Shown one piece after another: positions 14,701-29,700 of a stretch of DNA of 64,000 bases. The stretch spans positions 23,932,001 through 23,996,000 of the forward strand of contig CM022671.1 of NCBI GenBank assembly GCA_012295275.1. Reading direction: 5' to 3'. Position 1 is the stretch's first letter. Each line of letters begins with the position of its first letter. The DNA comes from Chrysomallon squamiferum. Taxonomy: Eukaryota > Animalia > Mollusca. The notes below the pieces were generated by a model. It was given only the letters and a program-made list of their open reading frames with translations. It was not told the DNA's origin and did no database searches. A program made the translations under genes and the position numbers.

Positions 14701-17700
14701 GGTGTCACTTTGAAAATGTACTGATTGTTTCCACTTTGTTCCAGAATGAACTGTACCATGAGTAGGAGCAGTTACATCAACTTTTATTGGTTTTGACAGA
14801 ACAGATATTTTTAGACCAGCTGGATTGTAGGCATCAACTGAAATGTAGTATATTTGGTTTGGTTTCAGCAATATGTCATTGAATACAGTTTTGTTATCAT
14901 GGATTAGTCTTTGTTGAGCAATTTCTGTTCGTGATCTTTGTTTTGTAAGACCCTGATGTGTACATTCTTGTCCTTCTTCAAGAGTTACAACATAGAACTG
15001 TATCTCACTTTCTTCATCCTCAAAATCATCTAAATAAACTGCAAGCTGATTTAGATAATTTGAATACATCACACGTTCAGTGACTTCTCCTTTTATCTGG
15101 ATTATACCTGCTGTTGGAGGTGAGGTGTCAATTTTTACAGGCTGACTCTGCATCAACAAGCATACACCAGATTGATCATGAGCAATGACAAGAACAGTGT
15201 ATGAGAGACCATGAGACAGTGAAAGACCAGTAAACATGTGGGTCTGATCAAGTTCCACATCGACAAATCCATGAACATCTGCTGATATGTTCATAGCATC
15301 AATCTGCCTACACAGAAAGATCTTTCCATCATTTTGTTGAGGAACAGAAGAAATGCCAACATGATATTCTCTAATTCCAATGTCAGAGAAAATACCTGAC
15401 CATGATGCACCGAGACGATCTACAGCTGATTGGACAGAAGAGCATTCAATAGTACCAGCTCTGATTTCACCAGTAAATCCAACTTTGATACCATTTGAAT
15501 AAGCCTCTTGAAAACTTCCAGCAACACTGTAAGCTCTTACAGTGACATAATATGTTTTTGCCTTTTTTGTTAGCTTCAAATTGTGGAAAGTAGCAGAATG
15601 ATTCAAGCCTACATTTTGGAAATTCAAGACATTAACTCTAGCATCAGGATATCTTCTGTCGTTGCCTATGGCCACTTCAAAATGGTCAATATTCTGTGAA
15701 GGGTTCTTTGAACTGTTGTGGCCAAAACCATGCCAATTGGCAGACAAGGTATCAGTACTGAGCTGAAAATTAATATCTTTTCCCAAACCATCATTAACAA
15801 AGCCAGGATCTGGTGACTGAATCTGAACAGAAATACCATCTGATCGTCCAGTCAGTGTCCTGTTAATGGCATCGACTATTCTGATGACATTGATGTATGT
15901 TTTCAAGTTTTCAAGATGCAGTTCATCATTGTAAAAGTCATAACCTTTATCTGGAATTAGTTCAAATTTTTTGACTATGTTACCAGCTAAGTCTTCAACT
16001 GCCCATTCCACTTTGACAGCTGGACATGGCTGAGAAGCTGACCAGTGACCTTGCAGTGTTGTCAGATCAGATTGGGCATCTTGATCTGTAGATGTGGAGC
16101 CATCAGTAATTGAAATTTGTGGATGAGGACTGACTGACACAGATTCTGAGGATGACATGATGAAGAGTCCAACTTTATTAAATATCTTCACTGTAACAAA
16201 AACAGATGTCCCTTCAACCAAATGCAAATTCTTGAGAGTTGTTCTCCCATCTTTGATTTTCACTTTAACAAAATCCTTTATATCTGCATCTCCCTTCGTA
16301 CTACCAACAGCAGCTTCAAATCTGAAAAGAAGCATTTGTTAATTTAAGTTCTTAGTACCACAATTTTAAAAATATGTATCAAATATATTATTCAAGACAA
16401 AACAAACAATTCTATGTATTTGTGTATTAAGTTCAAATTAGTTTATCCAAACTTTACAAGACAAAAAACAAAAAACAACAGCATTTATGTCAAAAAGTAT
16501 GGTTGGAAAGTGAATAGTGAGATTTTTGTATTGTACTTTTACAATGAAAATAACCATAAACACAAACAGTGACTACTGACACAATACTCTAGTGAAAATA
16601 TGTTAGAGTTTGTCATTTTCTCTTTCTCTTTTAACATATTTATCTGTTCAGTTATTAATAAAAACAAAACAATATTTATCTCAGCTACCAGAAAAAAACA
16701 TTTTTGGAAGGAGATTTTAATGCTGTATTACCTGTCAATGTCTGACTCATTATCATGGAAATTTTTCACTTCAAAATCTATGTATGATACTGGGATCTGA
16801 CAATGCTGTATTTGACTTGTTTTCTGATTTCCTATTGTTGTGACAATCCTGACCTCTCCTTGTTCCGGTGGAGTTTCGTCTATGGTGACCTGTCTGTAAA
16901 CTTCAGTGTGGAGATGAACTTTATTCTCAACTCTCAAAGTAATGAACAGTTTATCCATTCCTTTCTTTAACTCATCTGCCAAATCTCGCTCCCATCTTTG
17001 ATGTGTAACAGTTAAATTCTGGGATGGGATAATATTTGAAAGCAATGGTTCTGTCCCCACTGATATGGATAAATGACTGATTGTACTTTCAACATCTCCA
17101 ATAGCATCCCATGTACATTTAATGTTGGGCTTAACATGTGAAATGACATGGGTACAGACAAAGTTATTCACAAATGGCTCAGTGGAATCATATGTCACTG
17201 GTGCTGAAGACTGTACTGCAATATTTCCTGCTTTGTCAGCTGCTCTGATTGTTAGGAAGTGAGTATCCCCATCAACAACTGAACCTTTATTAATCTTCAT
17301 GCTGTCCTTCATTTTATTAAACCTCAGATTATTATTTGCAGCAAAAGGCATGTTAGTTATTGCCCACTCATACCTGTCAACATTAACATTGTCTTTTGCT
17401 TTCCACAGAATACCAGTTGATGATGAATTCACCAAATTAAAGTGATTACTATCAAAGGGTTGATTGTCTTCATATGAAAAAGAAATATCTGGAGGTGTGC
17501 TGTCTACAGTCAAACCATTGGATGATGATACAACATAGGTCCTGGGACAGCTGCTCCCAGTTTTTGCTCGAACAGATGCATAATATTTAACTCCATCAAA
17601 ATTGGTATTCTGTATCTGAGCGAATCCTGAAGAAGAATTTGTTGTTACCAGACCATAATCAGTGTACTTGAGGACATCTGTGTAGAAGGGTTGAGTACCA

Positions 17701-20700
17701 ACAGCCCATTCATAACTCGATATTCCACAAGATTCACTTTCAAATCCTGAAAAGGATATAGCAAGAGATGACTTATCTTGTTGGAAATCTTCATCTTGAT
17801 AGAACTCTCTTCCATCAAATATAGCACCTGGAACATCGCCCTGAATTACTTTTATTGGCTTTGATTGGGCAGTGTTGGTCAGTTTGGCTCCATTGACAAC
17901 CCTGACAAAGACAGAGTACATTTCATTTTCATTAGTTTTGATCAGCAATGATCCATCCATGGTTGTTGACATTTCCATTCCAACAGATTTGAAATCAGTG
18001 TCTTGAGAGCATCCATTGTTGTTGAAGGCCAGGCAGACAGAGGATTTTAAAATATTGCTTTCTGGATCCATAGCTGCCCATGTAACATGCAGTGCTTCTC
18101 CTTTAACATGAACAACAAACTTCCCATCATCATCAAGTTCTTCATCATCACCAGGCAAGGCAATATGAACCTTCAAAATAAATAAGAATGTCATAGCTCA
18201 TTAAACTTTAGATTAACATATTTTATCATCCACATTTTATTTCTGTAATATAGATAAAGATAAAAAAAAAAAATACTTATTTCACTTAACTGCAATATAT
18301 TTAGTTAGTAACGAAAATAACTGCCTTGTAAAGATTTCTTACATTATTTACTTCTGGGTTAGAAGTGTCAATGATAACTCCATGTGATTCTTCCACTGTT
18401 GAGATCATTGCATTGTTAATTGCTGTCACATGGACATAATACCTAGCACCGTCTTCAAGAGATAGACCTGGAAATTGTAGATCTACTTCCATTGATGACT
18501 TTGTGTTCAAATCCACAGACACAGAATCATTGTCCTTTGGTATGATTTTCTCTTTGGAACCTTCATAATCCTTGTACACTTTGTATCTGTATTCCTTCAG
18601 ATGTGATTCAGGATCAGCAAATTCCCATTTGAAACTTAGCTTAGTGTTATCAGCTTGATATGACAGATCTTTCCCTCCATCAAAATAGACAAGCAGTGGA
18701 GCAGTTTCATCAAGAACATAACCATCGGTGTGTGTCACTGTTTTCAATCCTGCACCATTTTCAGCCTCAAGTTCAATTTTAACTCTGTCTCCATGCTTTG
18801 TTGTGACTGAGTGATCAGTAAATGAAGTCTGTTTTCCAACATCAAACACTCCTTTAAGTTCTTCATTTACATATATTTTGACGGAATAATCTGCAATGTT
18901 ACTCTCTGGATCTGAAAAGCCATCCCAGACAGATCTCACTGTTGCAGTTTCTGAACTGTAGTCCAAGTCCTTTATCTTGTCATCACCATAATGTACCCAT
19001 CCAGAAACAGGAGCAGTTTCATCAACCAATACTAAAAATAACAACATTTAAAAAAATGTTTTCTCAGATTTCACATTTACTTTATGTATTTTGTTTAATA
19101 TTGAAAAACTGAACAATAATAATGCATGTTTCTGCATAGGATTGCATTTGTATAATGAATGTTTGAAATCATGGGAAAACTCTTTGGACATCATAATATT
19201 TATACACATACATGTGGCTATGAATGAAATCATGCTTGTATGTTTGGTCTTATTACAAATAGTTAAGTTATTTTATTATTGATACCTCCGTCAGATACAG
19301 CTGTGATGTTTTTTTGATTCAGTGCTCTGTTATAAGCAATGACAGTTGAGAAGTATGTTGTGTTGTGCTGCAGTGAGACAGGCAAACAAGCTGATTTCTC
19401 TTCACTAGGTAATGTCTTGTACTGAAGAATGTCATCACTCACTGGTCTTGTTCCAACACCCCACATGTAACTAAAACATAAATATATGTGTGAGTGAGAA
19501 AGTGAGATATATAAATAGATATATATATATACATATATATTTATTTATTTATTTCAGGACATATTAATACATATTCATGGATGCTTGTTTCTGAATATAA
19601 AAATTAAATATATTTGTTTATGACAAACTGAGAAAGAAGACAGCCACAATCTCAGTTTAAAAAACTTAAAAATAATTTTGTTCTATTACAAGGAAAAACA
19701 TTTTATGGACACTATAAACAAATATATAAGTAAGTGGACCAAATGGAAAACAAACTGAAGTATTACAAACATAGATAAGTTAACTATGGCTTTACAATAC
19801 CTTGCAATTCCAGATTCTGGATCAAAGAAATCTAGCCACTGTGCACAGATCTCGTTTGCGTTTGCCTGATACTTCAAGTCTACTTTCAGCTTATCACCAT
19901 CATAAACACGGCCGACTATAGGTGGTGTTCTGTCAATCAGTATGGGCTGGTTTCCATGAGACGCAGTAGAAAGACCAACTGAAATAAATATTATAATATC
20001 AGATTTATTAATATGTAACTGAGGTATATAAAAGAGAAAAAAAAAAAAAAACAAAAAAAAACATCAAAATCAAAATTAAAAACAAAACTGTAAAAAAAAT
20101 GGTATAAAAAAAATCATAAAAAAAAAAATCAGTAGGAATCATTAATAATTATGTAGTTGTATATGTGAAAATGTGTGTGTTTGTGTATACACCAGTGAAT
20201 ACATTCATGAATATATGCACTTTTAAGAGAATTCATTCTTACTGAAGAATTTATTTAACAATTCATCATATCAATATTCTAGTTTGAGACCAACATATTT
20301 TATATAATTTTATTTATATTTTGAAACATATTAAAATGAAATACTACAATCTTCTTTCTTTTTGAACCAATGCTGTCCCTTTCTTTATAATATATTTTTA
20401 TCCTGACAAAAAACCTAAAACCCAATACCTCTGTTAACTGCACGAAGCCGAACCCAAGCTTGGACTCCTGGTTTCAGTCTCAGATCTTCAATGACAAGGT
20501 ATGGATTAGACCTGTCCATGAAAGCATGGTGTGTGTACGGTCGGACCATCACATCATATTTTGTCTTGCCCAGACCAAAATCTACGTTAGCAATTCCTGA
20601 ACCTGGATCGGAAATGTTGTAGTAGACTCCCATCATGTCAAAATCTTCATCAAACAGCAAATCGCTGACTTCGTGAAAGACTGGAGGTGAGGTGTCTATG

Positions 20701-23700
20701 GTTACCGGTGTAGAGTGGCAAACTGTGGTCACTAATGCTCCTCCATGGACAATGGAGTTGATTGCCTGGGTGGTCACGTAGTATTTTCCATCAGGAAGAA
20801 CAAGGTCTTTGGCAAATCCTGAATATGTCCAGAATTTTGGGCTGGCTAAGTTGGAAAATGGATCTGAAAATGCAGCAATGTCACTTCCACATACCTGAGT
20901 ACCAGCAGCCCATGTGTAACCCCAGACACCACTTTCATCATCATGAAAACCATCCCAGTTCGCTGAAGTAAATAAGTAAATAAATAAATAAAAATATATA
21001 TAAACATATCTCTATACTTATATACTTACATAAATGCTTAAGTTCATATATATTTGTATTTAAAGTAATTTTCTTCTTCTTTTTGAGTTTTTTTTTAATA
21101 AAATCAACATTTTATATCTAAGTCATTTTCTTAAAATGGAATAGTTTTGTTTAAAATGAAATGAAATCAAAATAGTATAAAAGTACAAAAACAAAAAACC
21201 CCACAAACTATTATATCACAATAATAAACTTTTCATCTATTTATTTAAAATATAGATCACTAATTAATATTGATTTTAGAAAAAAACAAGAATGTAAAAA
21301 TACCTGATATGTAATTGTTTGACATTGTGTAAAGAGTCTCCTGCAAAGGTTTGTGTCCATTGAAGACTGTTTTACTTCCAGGACCATCAATTATTTTTCT
21401 ACGAGTGAAAAAACAGTGTGTAACAGTTTTCTTTTCCAGTTAACTTTGGTCAAAGGTCGGCTATTAAACTTTTTAATATATACTAAAATTCTTTACAAAA
21501 AGGATGTTACATGGTTCATTTTCTTTTCAAAACATAGGGAGAAAACCACTTTCAAAGGAAATATTGTAATACCATTTAAATTTTCAAAATTTTAAAATGC
21601 ATAATAATGAATATATGTTTCTTTTCAAAAGCATAAATATAAAACTACTTTCAAAGGTAGCATTACTAATTGAAAATAAGAATAGATAACATCTTTTAAA
21701 TTTTGTAAAACTAATTAAATTTGAAAATAAAATAAAAATCCCCAGAAAACAAAACAAAATACAAATGAATGCTAACCGATGGTTAGGTTTCCTTGTGAGT
21801 TCCTTACACCTCTGTGTTACAGCTGCATGACATTCATCATAGACAAATTCATCTTTAGACACATTCTGAACTAAACCTGGCTCTGGTGGAGTGAAGTCAA
21901 CAAGTGTTCCCTTTGACTGAAGATAGCTGGTGTATCCCAGTGTGTTGTATATGTGTGCATTGATGTAATATCTCACTCCATGCTCTAGATGTAGGCTGTA
22001 TTCTTTGAAAGATCTGTATCCAGTACCAAGTCTTTCATAATTGTAATAAGAGCCACTGATGCGGAGATTTGACTGCGGACCTTCTATGACATCATGCAAA
22101 TCACAGGTTTGAGAGTGAAACTCGTAGTCAAATGAAACACACTTTTTGCCATATGCAATGCAGTCTTGAGCACACAGAACATCAGATGGCTTTGTTGAAG
22201 AATGTATTGGCTGGGACGTCAGTTTGCCCTGCCTGGATGGGCTGAAATATTTCAATTCATTTGCAACATCTGACCTGATATGAGTTAAATCCAGCTGAAA
22301 AGGTTCATCATCCACAACTTCTTTTCCGTGCTGACCAGGACTGTAGCCAAGGGAAATATTGTGTTGTGTTAGCAGTGGAGAGTCATCAAACACAACAATT
22401 GTTGCACTGATCTTGTTAGGATGACTTGTATATTCATAAGAAGCTTCAACTCTGCCGTCTGGTACAGTATTGTCATAAGTGTCAAGATGACAGCGTGCAA
22501 AGCTTGTCAAACCTTGGCTGTTTTTTATCCTGACAGTCCAGAACAAAGGAATGCCATTCGGTAGATCGGTTACCTTTGTTACTGTCAACCCCCTCATCTG
22601 TGTCCATTGAATAACATTGTGACCTCCTGGATGTGTTCCTACTGCATAATGAAGAGTTAAGTCACTGCTGTCGTCATCTGCGGATATTTCCAAAGTGAAC
22701 ACAGTGTCTACTGGGTGTCGATCTTTCAGCTGTTTCACTGTGCAGTGAGAGCTGTCTTTATGAGGAGCCTGACAAATCTGTGCACATGATGGAAACTCTG
22801 GGCTGGTGTCGTCTTTTTTGGTTTCTATTTTTTTAAATATTGCGTGTTTAAGAGATGGAGCAGTCCAGTGCCACAGTGTTTTGTGTATGTCAATGAAGAA
22901 TAATGCTTTGACGTAAGCTGAGAGCTTTAGTTCAAGTGGAATCAGTTCAACAGCAAGTGATTTTCTGAAGAAAAAAACAACAACAACGATTCAATGCTTA
23001 ACTAAATTGAAAATAAGTCTTAGCCAATACATTTATCTGGCACAGATGATGCCAGCTCTGGGCTATCTGAAGGCCACCTTTTATCCAGATAAAGGTACTA
23101 GCTGATAGTGAGGATCTGGCAGTTTTAGCCTTAAAATCATTGTCCAAGCTCTGTTTTCAGTCAATAATAAAAATAATAAAAAAAAATATATATATAATAA
23201 TAAAAATAAAAAGATAAATAAATAAAAATCACAAATCAAAAAAAAAAAAAAAAAAAAAACAATAAATTAATTACAAATAAATACTAAGCATCTTAAAGCT
23301 TACAATCATTGTCTAAATTTTAGCTTGAAACAAACACCAAGCAATTGTTTGAAGAATAAACGCCCCACAAAACCAAAATTACAAATAACTGGTGAATATT
23401 TAGCATATTGAAGCTTATATTTATTGTCCAAACAATATGTGAAAACAACAAAACAGTAATGATGTTATTTTAATATATTGTTGTAAGCATCCATTACATT
23501 TTATCAAAAGCACTGCAGAATGTTAAGTGATCATACTGAATGACTGTTATTTATTCTTAAATGTCAGCAGTGACATGCATGTACTACAGATTCTAAAAAT
23601 AAAAATAAAACAATAAAAACAAAAAGACATAGAAAACATAGTTGAATGAGAAATCATTTTTTCAAACTGAGAAAGGTTATCTGTATAATATCTATGAAAT

Positions 23701-26700
23701 ATACTCTGGTTTTAAAAACTATCTGATAGAAGGTTTTGCTTATTTCAGCAGAAAAAGAGTGTTTCTAATTTAATGACTTCATTTATAAAAAGTTTAAAAT
23801 TGTTTTTTTTTTTTTTTTTTTTTTTAGTAATAACTACAACAACAACTACAAAAAATAGAGGAACAACAAGAACAATGGCAACAATAAATATAGGAATAAT
23901 AACAACAACATCAACAAGAACAATACTACTAGTAAGAAGAAGAACAACAAGAACAGCAATAACAACAACAACCAATAAAACAAAGAAAAATAATAATAAG
24001 AAAATAACAATAACTGCATTAATAACTGAAGAACACACACACACACACACATATAATATATATAATGTATACACACATTTGTTTGACTGGTAATTTTGCA
24101 TAGTTGACTTCCAGTGTCAGAGGAAATTTTGTTTTCATAAGATATCCAATAAGACTGATTCCCCCTTCAGCAACACCAAGATTAACTGACATGTCTGCTT
24201 CCATTTTTCCTGCCACCCAGGGTGTGAACACAGCCTAAAATAAAATAAAAAAAAGATTAAAAACACTATTTGGGAAATATAAATCCAGATCTAAGGACTC
24301 ACTAAAAAGAATCAGTCTTTCATTCATGGCACAGTATTTTTAAGAGTTTAAAAATCAAAACAATTATATATAATTCCACATTTTATGATTGGTATTAACC
24401 CTTTTCATCCTGGCATGTGTTATGACAAACAGCTCAGTCATGGCCCAGAAGTGGCTAATGAATGTATTCAAATTTAAAACTTTGTAATTAGTTAAAGTAA
24501 ATAAAAGGGGTTAAAGTAAATACAACTGTGCCTGTATCTTTTAGCACTCAGTCATAGCTGCTATATGAGAAACTCAGAATCTAAGTGTTAAAGTAGTAAG
24601 TTTAAAATAGTTATAATTTATGTCTTTCATAGTTAAAGATAAATGGTGAATCGAACATGTTTTATCCAAGGCTCTTTATGATGTGAGTTTTTTCTTAGTT
24701 ATGTCACCTTTTATCTATTTACTGTCACAAATAATATAATAATTTAATTTTATATTAATTTTTACTTTAATTTTGTTATGCACATACTGACAAAACTTAA
24801 TTATTCTATTTCATTACAAGCTCCCTCATATTATTTCTCTCTGTATAAAATTATCAGTTTGTACATAAATGTCAACAAAAAAAGCTGAAAAGAATCCAAT
24901 ATAACTAATGTAACTTCAAGCAATATATGTCCACAAAAATCATCCAGCATAGATTGTTCCCTTCCTTAGTGACATTCCAATACAATGTAGATTGTTCCCT
25001 TCTTTAATGACATTCCAATACAATGTATATTAATTCATATCATTCATTTTATTTATTTTCAATGTTTCTGTTTTCACCTTTACTGAGGACTTCACACTGT
25101 CCACTTCAATATCAAAGGCAGCTTTCAGGACACCACCAGCATTAAATTCTACAACAAAACCAGTACACTCTCAGTTCATGAATATTTCTGCAGGCTGAAC
25201 TGCAGGTTATAAATAAATTACATTCATAACAGTTATTTAAATTGAAAAATATATTATATATATATATATATATATACATATGATAAAGTTTAAATAGAAA
25301 TATAAATTAAATTATAGCGAACATGTTTTATATCCTTCTATTGGTACCTATTCATAATTTATTTTTTAACTGTGTTAGTTGCAAATTCATGCAGTAATCA
25401 TGGAATGGTTATCCTAAAAAAAAAAATCTAAAATACATTTCAACATTATACTTTTTTGTAAAAATTTCTGTTGATCTAAAAAGAAGAATTAAGAAAGACT
25501 GCAGTGATATCTTTTTAGAAACAAACAAAAAAAGTTAAAAAAATGTTAATAATCAGTATAAAAAATGTTAATAATCAGAAATGTAATATATAACAGAAAT
25601 GTAATGCTACACATATTTACAGACAACAGAAATTTAATACTCTGGTTACTTTCTTACAATAGATACTTACAGAGAACAGAAATGCAATGCTAAAGTTATA
25701 GAGAACAGAAATATAATGCTACACTTGTAGAAAACAGAAATGCAATGCTATGTTCATAGAGGACAGATACGTAATGTCACACTTACTTATAGTGAACAAG
25801 AAAGGACCAACTGGAAAGCCACCCTCAAAAAAGAAGAATTCCAAGTTGACATCAGATTTCTTGCCACGTGCAGGGAAGACGCCTTTATCAGTTTTAAAAC
25901 ATGGATTTTTAGTTCTTTATCAAACTTCTTTTTATGTTTATTTTTTCGATTACTCAGCTACAAAATAATGACATCAAAATCAGTTATGTATGTATGTATG
26001 TCTGTGTGTGTTTGTGTGTGTGTGTGTGTGTTGGTGTAAAATAATTATACTTTCTTTTATAAATATATCAATTTTAACATTTTGTTAAATAGCATCAATT
26101 GGGGCTCTCAGGTTTGAATTGGATAAAAAGAGTCTTAGACAATACACTGAATAAACATTCACATGCACCAAACACTCATCTAAACACACACATCTATACA
26201 TACACATACATACACACACTCAGACATACATGTAGACAAACACACATACACATAAAGACACACTCATCAAACATAAATCATTTTACCTTGTCCCTGATAC
26301 TCTGTCTCATTTTATTCATGTGATCAATCAAGGAATGAAACTTCTGGTTCAGACTGGATGCTAGCTTGGATATTTTCTTCATGGACTTCTTGCCAAGAGC
26401 TTTTAGACGTCCCTGTCGTTTTCTGGAGCGTCCATTTGGCCTGTTTTTGCCATGGTTGTGTGGTCGCCTGGTAGGTCTGTGAGAGTTGTGTTTGCTGGTT
26501 CTGTGCCCATGTGAAGGTTTTCTTGTTGAATGTTTTGTTCTACTTTTCAAAGTGGTGTGTTTAGCTGGCTTGGGTGTGGATGTTTTGAAATGGACTGATG
26601 GGGTTTTGTGCCCCGGTTGATGTGTTTTGGTAGAAAATGTTAGTGAATGTTTGTTACTTTTTGTTGTTTTCAAGATAGAATGTTTTGTTTTACTTTTCTT

Positions 26701-29700
26701 GGTGGTGTGTGTAGCTGGCTTGGGTGTGGATGTTTTGAAAGAGACTGATGGGGTTTTCAAGGTGGTTATCTTTGTTTTCTTTCTTGCTGAAGTTGTTGTC
26801 TGAGTTGAAGTAGATGTTGTGTAAGTTGCAGTAGTTGTTTTATGAGTTGAAGGGGATGTAGTGTGTGTTGTAGTAATTGTAGTACGAGTTGGAGTGGTTG
26901 TTGTTGTTGTATGTAATGTAGTTGTGGTTTTGTTTTGCCTTCTTGTAGTATGAGTTACATATGACTTAGTCCTCACGTGATTTACTACAAATAAATAAAA
27001 ATGTATGTAAGTATGTAAATAAATAAATAAATAGAGTATGTTTCTGTCTTTATAAAGTTCACTACAAATAAATAAATAAGTAAACAAAGAAATAAAAACT
27101 ATTCCGATATTGAGGTGAAAACATTAACTATAACAACTATAGCAACAATAAGAACAGTAAATACAAGCAAAAGAAAGTAGAAATAAGTGTATAGTTGACT
27201 AATTACAAAGGAAAAATGTATTCTGATATTTTAATGACTAATATACTCACATGTTTTTTTAAATCTGAGATCTTTTAGAATAGGAATTTCTGGAAGGCAT
27301 TTATTTTTCTTGCAAATGATGACTGCTACTGATACATTAACTGTTGGATGGTTGTATGTTACAGACATCTTCAACTTTAATGTAAAATTCTTTATATGGA
27401 TTCCTGGTGACACTATTTTCATTGATACTGAAATAAATACATTAATTTATATTTTATTTTGGAACTTCAGTATATAATATTTATCATTTCAGTTCAAGCA
27501 AGTGTTTGAATCCTAATTCCAAATCAGCATTGTTTCAGTTTGGCTAACAAAATCTTGGAGCCAAGAATTTCTGGGGCACAAAAATAAATACCGAAGCACA
27601 TGTTATAGTGCAAACTTGATTATATGTTTACTTTGAATATTGAATACATAGTATAGAATAAAATTATACAGTTGCTGTTATGATACAGATGCATTAACTG
27701 CAGTATCAATATTTAATCTGTATTTTTAAGCAAGTGCTTTTAATCATTTCAAATTCTAAATGAAAGAAATAAATTTAATATGTATTTATAGTATGTTTAT
27801 TGACTTTTATGTAACTCTTTCATTATTACATACTGCTTCCATTGATTGTTATGTTGTTATCCCCTGCAAACAGAACCGTCTGATTGTCTTCAGGATAAAC
27901 CCTGAAACCAATGTTGTAAGTTTTAGATATGATCAAGAAAGGAATTTTTATCTCACAAATGACTCCCAAGCAGTCATCATCAGCACTGCAAGCATGGCCA
28001 AAACCTCGGGCCAATCCATTTTTAAATGATGGACACACTGAAAAATATTTTTAAAATAGGCCATCATAGCGAAGGTACAATATTTGAGAAAAGAATGTTT
28101 TAGAAAAAAAAAAAGAATTGGAAAAAAAAAAGAGCACAAGTATTTTAGTGGATTAAAATACTGAAAAAGACCACTTCAGGAATTAGCTTTTTGAGTCATG
28201 ATTTTGAATTTCCTGTATCTTTAGAGACACTTTTAGATGTCACAGTATATTGATATTACAGAATTTCTAGTGCTTAATATTTCATTAATCAAAGTATGAC
28301 GTCTAAATATTTCAACCATAGCAGTAGTTCAAAATTTTACTACTAGATAGCTACATCTACTTTTATAGTGAAAAGATCAGTACTAGTCTTAAATATATTC
28401 TCTGACCAATATGGCCACTTTTCTTTCTGCATGTGACAGAATTATAACTTCAAATATTTTATATTTTGATTAAATAATGAAACTTACATTTGGATGATGA
28501 GGCTTTTATGAAAGCTACAGAAGCTAGTTTTCCACCAATTTTTGGCAGATCTAATTTTGTCAACAGTTTCCCCACAAGACCAGATGAACAACTTTTGAGG
28601 AGTTTGGCTGGTGGAGCATTGAGGATATCATCAGCCTTTGATACAACGGCTTGCAGTGCAGAGACAGCATCTTTCATTACGCCTGTTGGGTTTAGCATAT
28701 GGATGGCATCATTTAAAGATATGCCACCAACTTGAATATTACCAAAAAAGTGTTTCATATGTTCTCTGAAATGATAAATAAAAACATGTATTTTTAAAAA
28801 GAAACTTTTTTTTTATAAAGGTTTGTGTTAATTCAGTTATGATACATTCAAAGATATAACAGTCATAAATTAAAAAAAAAACTGTTTTGTTGATGCTATT
28901 CTCAACAAATATGATAATTGATTACAGAAAAAAAAAAAAAATATATATATGTGATAATAAGAAATGGATTCAGGATAATAAAAGGTGAAAAACTAAAATT
29001 TTCACCTATGAACATAATATATAATTTAACAGTATATTATGCACATTTGTATATCTTTTTGGGTATGTGTATACATATATTATTATTAGAAGCAGTAACA
29101 GTAGTGGTGGTGGTAGTAGTAGTAGTAATAATAGTAGTAGTAATAGTAGTAATAGTAGAAGAGGTAGTATTTTACCCAATATTACTAAACAGCTGGCCCA
29201 AATCATCAGCTCCATGGATGACATCATCATAGAGTGAGATGAAGCTTTGGACTGAAGACATGATGGATGGAGGTACTATTCCACTCTTCAGAATTTCCTT
29301 CATGACAAGACCTGCAGCATACTTCACTGCTTCCCTGACCAGTTCTTTGAAAATGTCCTTAAAACCTTCAGTCAACCCACCAACACCTGCAGTTTGTCCA
29401 ATGTATTTTAAAGTATAATCACGACACTTTTGGGTCCATTTTGGCATTATTTTGATGGAATCCAGGAATGGAGAGGGATCAACATAAAAACATCCAGCAG
29501 TTTGAGATTTTTTGTTCACACTGACATGAATGTGCTCTTCATTGCAGCCATTGTTTCCAGCAGCATAGCCAATATCTTGTCCAGCTTCTACAAAAATATT
29601 TGGTGATTTTCCAAAAAGTGTTTCATTTGGTTTGATATTTGAAATGAGGATTTCATAATTTGATAAATCTGACCCGACAGGTTGGAAAAGCAAAGTGTTA

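Noticed and set aside
25149-25200. In-frame TGA upstream of the FNAGG segment, considered as a selenocysteine or readthrough codon
   Set aside because: A good acceptor (ttttgttgtag, 25149-25150) lies downstream of the TGA and gives the right phase, so the TGA is intronic.
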